Below, piece by piece: positions 25,633-33,058 of a stretch of DNA of 64,000 nucleotides; within the stretch, counting starts at the first letter, position 1, and each line of letters opens with the position of its first letter. The position numbers and the translations under genes were made by a program. The notes beneath the pieces were generated by a model. It ran no database searches. It saw only the letters and a program-made list of their open reading frames with translations, and was not told the origin of the DNA. Origin of the DNA: Ignavibacteriota bacterium (GTDB lineage: Bacteria > Bacteroidota > Ignavibacteria > Palsa-1295); the NCBI GenBank assembly GCA_963787835.1, contig CAWBEI010000002.1, forward strand, positions 1,184,001-1,248,000. Direction: 5' to 3'.

Positions 25633-26699
25633 CCGCACCAACAAGATCCATTTGCCTCGATGCGCCGTTCGCGCTCGAATGCGGAACACGGCTCCCGGGT
25701 ATCGATATTGCGTTCCAAACGTATGGCGAACTGAATGATGATCGATCGAACGCCGTGATCGTACTTCATGCACTCACCGGCTGGCCGGCAGCCCACGAAT
25801 GGTGGAGCGGTCTTATCGGCGAAGGGAAACTGCTCGATCCCTCAAAATATTTCATTATTGTTCCCAACTTACTTGGAAGCTGCTATGGCACGACCGGGCC
25901 AGAATCCATCGATCCCACGCGCGGCACCCACTATCTGGCATCGTTCCCTACGATCACCGTTCGCGATATGGCGCGAGCGAATCTTGCGTTGCTCGACCGG
26001 CTTGGAATAGAACATGTTCATCTCTCTATTGGCGGCTCGCTGGGCGGAATGGTCGTGCTCGAAATGGCGGTATTGGCACCATCTCGGTTTCGCGCTATTG
26101 CACCTATTGCTGTCAGTGGCTCTCATTCGGCGTGGCGCATTGCATTTAGCTCCTACATTCGAAAGGCGATCATTGCGCACGATCCATCGCTTCAGAACCG
26201 AACAAAACTTGTAGAAGGACTCCGGCTTGCCCGTCAGGTTGCCATGATAAGTTACCGTTCCGCCGCTGAGTTCGACGAGCGATTCGGGCGCGAAAAGAAA
26301 GAGCTGACCTTCGAAGTAGAAAACTATCTCGAACATCAGGGCGACAAGATCGCCGAGCGGTTCTCACCCTATTCCTATCTGACCTTAACACGAGCAATGG
26401 AACTATACGATCTCGCCGAAGGCCGTGGCTCACTAACAAATGTCGCAGCAGGCATCCCATGTGAATCGCTGTTCGTTGGCATCTCGTCCGATCTGCTCTA
26501 TCCCACAGAAGAGATCGAGCGCTTTGCTTCGCTATTCCCGAACGGCCGTTACGAGACGCTTCATGCCATTCACGGCCATGATTCATTCCTGGTCGATACC
26601 GAGCCGCTGGGAAAGATCCTTTCATCCTGGCTTCGCAGTATCCAGCCACGTCCCAATTATTCCAACGTCGAACATCGCTTTGAGGAGGTAGCAGCATGA
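25626..26699 (+). CDS. metX: Homoserine O-acyltransferase
   Basis: HALTG, IGGSLGGM, SDLLYP, HGHDSFL. Confidence 0.92.
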   Translation: MLTAPTRSICLDAPFALECGTRLPGIDIAFQTYGELNDDRSNAVIVLHALTGWPAAHEWWSGLIGEGKLLDPSKYFIIVPNLLGSCYGTTGPESIDPTRGTHYLASFPTITVRDMARANLALLDRLGIEHVHLSIGGSLGGMVVLEMAVLAPSRFRAIAPIAVSGSHSAWRIAFSSYIRKAIIAHDPSLQNRTKLVEGLRLARQVAMISYRSAAEFDERFGREKKELTFEVENYLEHQGDKIAERFSPYSYLTLTRAMELYDLAEGRGSLTNVAAGIPCESLFVGISSDLLYPTEEIERFASLFPNGRYETLHAIHGHDSFLVDTEPLGKILSSWLRSIQPRPNYSNVEHRFEEVAA

Positions 26700-27718
26700 G
26701 TATCAATAGTATAGAACGCGCTCCATCGGTTACAGGCAAGAAGCAGTTGCGACATCTTCGCGTTGCGCTGTTCGGGTTTGGCGTCGTGGGAACCGGTGTA
26801 TGGGAAGTATTGGAAGCCAAACGCACTACCTTTCGCCGCCAATTCGGGACGGAGATCGAGATCGCCGGTATTTGCGTCCGCGATGTCGAAAAGCCTCGCA
26901 TCACTACCGCCCCGCTTTCGCTCATTACGGACGTTCCGGAACGATTGCTGGAAGATGACTCCATCGATATTGTCATCGAGCTCATCGGCGGACGCTATGA
27001 GGCGGCCAACCTTATCGAACATGCGCTCGGAAGCCGGAAGCACGTCATCACCGCTAATAAAATGGTGCTGGCTCACGAACTGCCACGCCTTGCATCGCTC
27101 GCCGAGCGGCAGGGTGTGGAACTGCTCTATTCCGCTTCGGTCTGCGGAAGCGTTCCCGTGCTTGCCGCGCTGGATGAACTTCGCACCCGCGACACCATCC
27201 AAAAAATATCCGGCATCGTCAATGGCTCGACCAATTTTATTCTCACCATGATGAGCGATGAAGGCGTGAGCCTCGAAGCAGCAATGACCGAAGCCCGTGC
27301 GCGTGGATTTTTAGAAGCGGATCCTTCACTGGATGTTTCCGGAGCCGATGCCGCGCAAAAGCTTTCCGTACTTACGTACCATGCGTTTGGCGAGCATGTT
27401 CGCCCACATGAGATCGATACGACGGGCATCGAGAACATCACGATTGAGGACATCCGCACTGCCCACGAGTCCGGCGAAGCCATAAAGCTTATTGCCTCGG
27501 CGGCCCGGAACCTTGCAAGCGGAAAGATCGAAGCCGCAGTGCGCCCGCAGCGTATTCCGCTTTCGCACGTCTTCGCGCACACCCGCGATGAATTCAACGC
27601 GCTCGAAATTCAGGCGCTCCATGCCGGCCCCCAAGTCCTCTATGGCAAAGGCGCCGGAAGCCTGCCAACCGCCAGTGCCGTCGTCAGCGATCTGGTGTCG
27701 TTGCTGAAAGGAGAATAA
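26696..27718 (+). CDS. hom: Homoserine dehydrogenase
   Basis: GFGVVG, VITANK, GIVNGSTNFIL, EADPSLDVSGADAAQK, GKGAG. Confidence 0.93.
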   Translation: MSINSIERAPSVTGKKQLRHLRVALFGFGVVGTGVWEVLEAKRTTFRRQFGTEIEIAGICVRDVEKPRITTAPLSLITDVPERLLEDDSIDIVIELIGGRYEAANLIEHALGSRKHVITANKMVLAHELPRLASLAERQGVELLYSASVCGSVPVLAALDELRTRDTIQKISGIVNGSTNFILTMMSDEGVSLEAAMTEARARGFLEADPSLDVSGADAAQKLSVLTYHAFGEHVRPHEIDTTGIENITIEDIRTAHESGEAIKLIASAARNLASGKIEAAVRPQRIPLSHVFAHTRDEFNALEIQALHAGPQVLYGKGAGSLPTASAVVSDLVSLLKGE

Positions 27719-27962
27719 TCTTCACCAGGAAATAGGTGCCATTTCTTTTTCTTGCTGAGTTCCCGATCGCCCTTGAATGCGAGCTGGATTCGCCATTTGT
27801 TGAAAAAGTTATCCACAAAACGCTTTCATGGGGAACTCGTTCATAACGAAACCTACCTACGCCCCACCGATTGTCAATGAACAGGACACCAACACTATTC
27901 CTACAGACACTTGGTGCCTATAGTCTCACACACCAATATACGACAATTTTTAGCCCGCACAT

Positions 27963-28039
27963 AAAAAAGCCCCGGACGAACCAGGGCCAAGGCTTTCGCC
28001 TGTAGAATCATCTTTACTATGATGAGCTTTCAGATTGTT
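27963..28039 (-). ncRNA. tracrRNA (predicted)
   Basis: Minus strand AACAATCTGAAAGCTCATCATAGT pairs with the first 24 nt of the repeat (14 bp + 2x2 loop + 8 bp), followed by AGGC-GAAA-GCCT and a GCCCTGG/CCGGGGC + T6 terminator; 5' end approximate. Confidence 0.85.
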
Positions 28040-28088
28040 ATGGATGTGTACGAATTATTTCGTATTTTAGTTCTTCTTAATATGTAAT

Positions 28089-31000
28089 ATGGCTAAAACA
28101 TTAGGTCTCGACATTGGGACAACATCTATTGGATGGTGCCTCATGGAAGATAAGGTCCACATTGTCCGATCAGGAGTTAGGATTTTTCCGGTTGGTGTGC
28201 AGGAAGATAAATTCGCGAAAAGCAGCGTCGAAGAATCGAAAAATGCCGCTCGGCGAACAGCACGAGGGATTCGGCGGGGATATGACCGCTATAAATTGCG
28301 ACGTAAACAATTGCGCCGAGTTTTGCTTGAAATGAATATGCTCCCCGAGAGGCTTGAACTTCCCTCCGCACGGGCGCTCTATGAACTCCGAGTCCGTGGG
28401 CTCGATGAGAAGCTTGAACTCCGAGAGATCGGTCGAGTTTTGCTGCACCTGAATCAGCGTCGCGGTTTCTTGAGCAATCGAAAGACGGCTTTGAAAGATG
28501 GCGAAAAAGAACGAAGCGAGATTAAGCTCCAAATGAATGAACTCCGGCAGCGGGTTGCCGATTCAGGCCTACGCACGCTGGGCGAATTTTATCTTTCGCT
28601 ATACCATGCGAACGAGGCCATTGAGAATTGGCACAACCCAGATGAGCCGGTTGAAAGAATCCGTAAACGCTTCGTTCATCGGTCGATGTACGAGGAGGAA
28701 TTCGAAGCAATTTGGAATACTCAATCGAAATTTTATCCCGAAATTCTGACCGAAGAGCGTCGCCGCGAAATAAAAGAAAGGTGTATTTATTATCAGCGGC
28801 CTCTAAAATCTCAGAAAGGAAGGATCGGCAAATGTAGATTCGAACCGAAGAAGCGAGTCGCGCCGCGAAGCTCACTGCTTTTTCAGGAGTTCAGAATTTG
28901 GGAATCAATTAGCCGTATCCGAGTGACGGACAATAAGCGACATCTCGGACCGCTTACACTTGAGGAGAAGGAGATTCTAGCGGAAGTTCTTGCTGAAACA
29001 GACGAACTTACCCAGGCAAAAATAAAGACGCTCATCCGGCTCACTAAAGCTGCGTATCTTAATGACATTGACAAAGTCAAAGGAAATACCACCGCAGCAA
29101 AGATCATGAAGGTTATTGGGCAGGAAGCTTGGCACTTGCTGCCAGAAGATAAACGCGAGCATGTTTGGCACGTTCTCTATTTCGCGCCGGATGAAAGCTG
29201 GTTGAAAGAGTGGGGGAAAAAGAAGCTCGGCCTCACGGAAGAGCAAGCTGAAAAGTTCTCCGAAATTTCGCTCGAACCGGATTACTCGCGGATTAGCCAC
29301 AAGGCAATCAATAAAATGCTTCCCTTCCTCAAAAAAGGTATGGATTACTCCGAAGCAAGCAAAGCTGCAGGTTATCACCATTCGTTTGATGAAGAGACAC
29401 AAGGCAAGGATCGAGTTCTCGAAGATAAGATTATTCGGAAGCCCAACGATGAAATCGATCAACTCCGCAGCCCGCTTGTTATGCGTGCCCTTAGCGAAAC
29501 GGTTGCACTTGTCAATGCTGTAATTCAGGAAGAAGGAAGACCAGACCAAATACGTATTGAGTTCGCGCGCTCGATGAAGATGCCGAAGGATGTTCGTGAA
29601 AACATGCGGCGAAGTAATCTCGATAAAGAACGACAACGCGAAGAATATAGGGAGTTCCTTAAAAGGAAGATGGGATGGGCTGATGTTTCACGAAGTCAAA
29701 TTACAAAATTCGAACTTTGGCTCGAAATGGAGTTTGATGAGGAAGATTTGCGAAAGATTAATTCTTCAATCGATGTTGAGGAGTTTAGAAAATTCGTCGA
29801 TAGAATTAAGCCGTCGGATAAGCAGAAATATGAACTGTGGCTCCAATGCGGCAGGATTTCACCCTATACTGGAAAAATAATTCCGCTCGGGCGGCTTTTT
29901 AGTCCAGACATCGAGATCGAGCACATTGTACCTTATAGCAAATCATTCGACAATTCATTCCGAAACAAGACATTGTCCGAAAGGGAATTTAATGCTGCAA
30001 AGGGAAACGATACACCGATAAAGTATTTCGAAAAGCAGGGAGCCGAGGCCGTGCGTCATTTTAAAGAAAGGATAAAGTCGTTGCCCCGGATCAAGCAAGA
30101 GCGAATGCTTCAAGAAGAATTTGAAGAGTTCAGACCCGGAAGTATCGAAAGCACTGCATGGATTGCGAAGGAAGCCCGTAATATTTTACGCCGCGTGTGT
30201 CTGGATGTTCGAACTTCGGATGGACAGGTAACATCACTGTTGAGGAAATACTGGGGTCTCAATACAATTCTCAACAGCGAGGGCGAAAATGAAAAGGAAC
30301 GAAAGGATCATAGGCACCATGCTATCGATGCCTTCGTGATCGCAAACACTAATGATTGGTGGATCAACTTATTAAGCCAGTCGAGCGCATTCGATCCTCA
30401 TAGAAAACTCAGCGATAATATATTAGCAATTCTCCGCACACCGGCTGGTCGTGACCTTGTAAAGGCAGCGGGATTGGGAGAAGCCGTCGAACCTGATGAA
30501 GCCGATCCGCTGATGCTCCAGACTGCCAACCCAGCGACGGGCGAAATTTCTGCTGGCGGCATACCAGGCCCCTACCCCAACCATCGTCATGAATTGGAAA
30601 ATGTTCTTTCCAAAATGCTAATTTCCTACCGCAACGAAAAACGGTTGCTCTCTGCGAAAAAGAATAAGTACAGGTATTCTCATCCACACGGTGAGAAGAA
30701 GATCCAACGATCTATTGCAATTCGGGGGCCGCTTCATGCGGAATCGGTCTTCGGACAGATACAAAATTCCCACAAAAATGGAGAATTAGAATTTGTCATA
30801 AGAAAGCCGCTCGCGTCACTCGACAAAATGAAACAGGTTGAGAAAATTGTCGATCCGGCAATTCGGAAACTTGTTAAAGATCACATTGAGCGAAACGGAG
30901 GGGAATCTAAAATTAAGGATGCGGTGCAAAAGCCGCTCTTTATGATGAGCTTGAATGGCAAAAAACTCATTCCTATCCACAGTGTTCGCATGATCGAACC

Positions 31001-31466
31001 TGCGGAACAACTTATTCAACTACGGCCTAAAGAAAATCCAAAACTCTTTGTGGATTCAGGTTCGAATTATTGTATTGCTATTTATGAAGATCCAAATAGT
31101 AAAAAAAGAGAATCAGAAATCATCACGTTTTTTGTCGCAGCAAAACGTGCGGTAAACGGCGAGTCCGTTTTTGCGGAGTCTCGGAATGGTAAGCCCATTC
31201 TCATGACTTTGAGAATAAATGATATGATAGTTACTTATGATGGTCATCCTGATGAGATCAATTGGCAAGATCAAGAAAAATTATCGTCAAGGCTTTATAG
31301 AATCGTTAAATTGACTGGACCGACGATATATGGTTCTCTCCATAATTGGAGCGGCGTTAAGGTTGATTACCCTAAACAATATCCTGTCGGGGTTGTTTTA
31401 ACCAAAAGCTTCAATCTATTGAAAGCGGTAAAAGCTACCATTTCGCTCACTGGAAGAATATTCTAA
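28089..31466 (+). CDS. cas9: Type II-C CRISPR-associated endonuclease Cas9, 1125 aa
   Basis: RuvC-I LGLDIGTTSIGW, Arg-rich bridge helix, RuvC-II IRIEFAR, HNH EIEHIVP..NK..N..KGN, RuvC-III HRHHAIDA. Confidence 0.96.
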   Translation: MAKTLGLDIGTTSIGWCLMEDKVHIVRSGVRIFPVGVQEDKFAKSSVEESKNAARRTARGIRRGYDRYKLRRKQLRRVLLEMNMLPERLELPSARALYELRVRGLDEKLELREIGRVLLHLNQRRGFLSNRKTALKDGEKERSEIKLQMNELRQRVADSGLRTLGEFYLSLYHANEAIENWHNPDEPVERIRKRFVHRSMYEEEFEAIWNTQSKFYPEILTEERRREIKERCIYYQRPLKSQKGRIGKCRFEPKKRVAPRSSLLFQEFRIWESISRIRVTDNKRHLGPLTLEEKEILAEVLAETDELTQAKIKTLIRLTKAAYLNDIDKVKGNTTAAKIMKVIGQEAWHLLPEDKREHVWHVLYFAPDESWLKEWGKKKLGLTEEQAEKFSEISLEPDYSRISHKAINKMLPFLKKGMDYSEASKAAGYHHSFDEETQGKDRVLEDKIIRKPNDEIDQLRSPLVMRALSETVALVNAVIQEEGRPDQIRIEFARSMKMPKDVRENMRRSNLDKERQREEYREFLKRKMGWADVSRSQITKFELWLEMEFDEEDLRKINSSIDVEEFRKFVDRIKPSDKQKYELWLQCGRISPYTGKIIPLGRLFSPDIEIEHIVPYSKSFDNSFRNKTLSEREFNAAKGNDTPIKYFEKQGAEAVRHFKERIKSLPRIKQERMLQEEFEEFRPGSIESTAWIAKEARNILRRVCLDVRTSDGQVTSLLRKYWGLNTILNSEGENEKERKDHRHHAIDAFVIANTNDWWINLLSQSSAFDPHRKLSDNILAILRTPAGRDLVKAAGLGEAVEPDEADPLMLQTANPATGEISAGGIPGPYPNHRHELENVLSKMLISYRNEKRLLSAKKNKYRYSHPHGEKKIQRSIAIRGPLHAESVFGQIQNSHKNGELEFVIRKPLASLDKMKQVEKIVDPAIRKLVKDHIERNGGESKIKDAVQKPLFMMSLNGKKLIPIHSVRMIEPAEQLIQLRPKENPKLFVDSGSNYCIAIYEDPNSKKRESEIITFFVAAKRAVNGESVFAESRNGKPILMTLRINDMIVTYDGHPDEINWQDQEKLSSRLYRIVKLTGPTIYGSLHNWSGVKVDYPKQYPVGVVLTKSFNLLKAVKATISLTGRIF

Positions 31467-31479
31467 GCGGTAGTTTAAC

Positions 31480-31593
31480 ATGATCTGCCGTACTCTTTAC
31501 TTCGGCAACCCCGCATACCTCTTGACGAAGGATAAGCAACTTGTCATTGCGCACCAGCTTGATTCGGTTAGTGATGAGAGGACGAGGGATTGA
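31480..31593 (+). pseudogene. cas1: Truncated type II cas1 (37 codons)
   Basis: MICRTLYFGNPAYLLTKDKQLVI matches the recalled Bacteroidota type II Cas1 N-terminus; the stop lies in the first repeat; no cas2 follows. Confidence 0.85.
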
Positions 31594-32328
31594 AACCATA
31601 GAACTCTAAAAAACAATCTGAAAGCGGATCACAGCCCATCGTTAGGTTCCTTTCGTGTCTAAATATTAAAACAATAGTACTCTAAAAAACAATCTGAAAG
31701 CAGATTACAGCTAAATTATGAAGCCTTCCGGCTCCGGCGGAGCATTAAAACCATAGAACTCTAAAAAACAATCGGAAAGCGGATCACAGCAACCAATTAA
31801 CTAAGGAGATGGAATAATGTATTAAAACCATAGAACTCGAAAAAACAATCTGAAAGCAGATCACAGCTTAGTTAGGGATTCCATGAACGCCCGACCAATT
31901 AAAACCATAGAACTCTAAAAAACAATCTGAAAGCAGATCACAGCAAGCGTGGAGCCGATCTGTGAGCGCACTCCATTAAAACCATAGAACTCTAAAAAAC
32001 AATCTGAAAGCAGATCACAGCTGAAACGCCGTGAGATCGGTTGGAACCTGAATTAAAACCATAGAACTCTAAAAAACAATCTGAAAGCAGATCACAGCCA
32101 TTCAAAAGCCCCCGTCATTCGCGCTACAATTAAAACCATAGAACTCTAAAAAACAATCTGAAAGCAGATCACAGCTCCTTCGGTGTTTCCCGCTTATCCT
32201 CCAGTATTAAAACCATAGAACTCTAAAAAACAATCTGAAAGCAGATCACAGCATCTCTGTTAGGGTGTCTGTTGAGTTGGTATTAAAACCAAAGAACTCT
32301 AAAAAACAATCTGAAAGCAGATCACAGC
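31589..32328 (-). CRISPR. CRISPR array, 10 repeats of 47 nt, 9 internal spacers of 29-32 nt
   Basis: Plus-strand repeat ATTAAAACCATAGAACTCTAAAAAACAATCTGAAAGCAGATCACAGC at 31589, 31665, 31744, 31821, 31898, 31975, 32052, 32129, 32206, 32282; orientation deduced from tracrRNA pairing. Confidence 0.97.
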
Positions 32329-32553
32329 CCAGTTGTTCGTTTGCCATTGGTGCTTATGGTATAACAACACACAATTTGTAGGGTTAAAGTCCCCATTCGC
32401 CCTAACTCTGTCCCGCAAAACCCCTTTCTGCGTCAACAATGGGGGTATGTTCACTGGCAGTCTCGCATCCCCCTAAACTTTCTCTATGAATTTTTCCTTT
32501 TAAGGGAAGCGGGTAAACCGCGGGGGCGGTATGTCCCACTTTTCGACATCACT

Positions 32554-33051
32554 ATGAGCCAAGAAAGAAATCTTAATGTCGTGATCGTAGATGACGATCC
32601 CACGATGTGCGAGATGGTACGCGATACGGTGGAAAAGAATATCCCCGGCGCGAGCGTGACCGTCTTTAATACCGGCGAGGACGCGCTGGCTGCGATCATG
32701 TCGGAGCCGGATTTCGTGGTCCTCGATTATCAGTTGGATACCATCAAGCCGGATGCGATGAACGGTATTCAAGTCCTCTCCAAATTAAAGGCGCGCTTTG
32801 CTAATTTGCCGGTCATTTTCTTAACCGGTCAGGACCGGATCGAGGTTGCCTCGAACACGATCAAGTACGGCGCCTACGATTATATCGTAAAGAACGAAAC
32901 AGCATTTCATAAGCTGGAACTTGCATTCACCCAGCTTAAAAATCTCCGCTCCCTCAAAAAGACCAACGGCTTCCAGCGGACGATGAACCTGGTCTTCTGG
33001 GCGCTTGCGCTGGGGCTGATCGTCTATTTGATCTATTTACGGCTGCACTAA
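32554..33051 (+). CDS. Response regulator receiver protein with C-terminal TM helix
   Basis: VIVDDD, VVLDY, FLTG, YIVK; hydrophobic C-terminus. Confidence 0.88.
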   Translation: MSQERNLNVVIVDDDPTMCEMVRDTVEKNIPGASVTVFNTGEDALAAIMSEPDFVVLDYQLDTIKPDAMNGIQVLSKLKARFANLPVIFLTGQDRIEVASNTIKYGAYDYIVKNETAFHKLELAFTQLKNLRSLKKTNGFQRTMNLVFWALALGLIVYLIYLRLH

Positions 33052-33058
33052 TCTATAG

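Noticed and set aside
27808-27817. Perfect DnaA box TTATCCACA
   Set aside because: Single copy with no box cluster or dnaA nearby; not evidence for oriC
31543-31551. GTCATTGCG, the family-B tag, beside the cas1 deletion junction
   Set aside because: It encodes the conserved LVI region of Cas1 and lacks the rest of the arm
31589-31615. Repeat half resembling the streptococcal II-A repeat (GTTTTTTAGAG...GTTTTAAT)
   Set aside because: Low-complexity similarity; the tracrRNA pairs with the other half
32176-32205. Spacer 8 resembles 3920-3936 upstream of carB (CTTCGGTGTT-A-TCCCGC)
   Set aside because: Only 16 nt with an indel; compatible with chance. I saw no convincing self-target by eye, but this was not an exhaustive search
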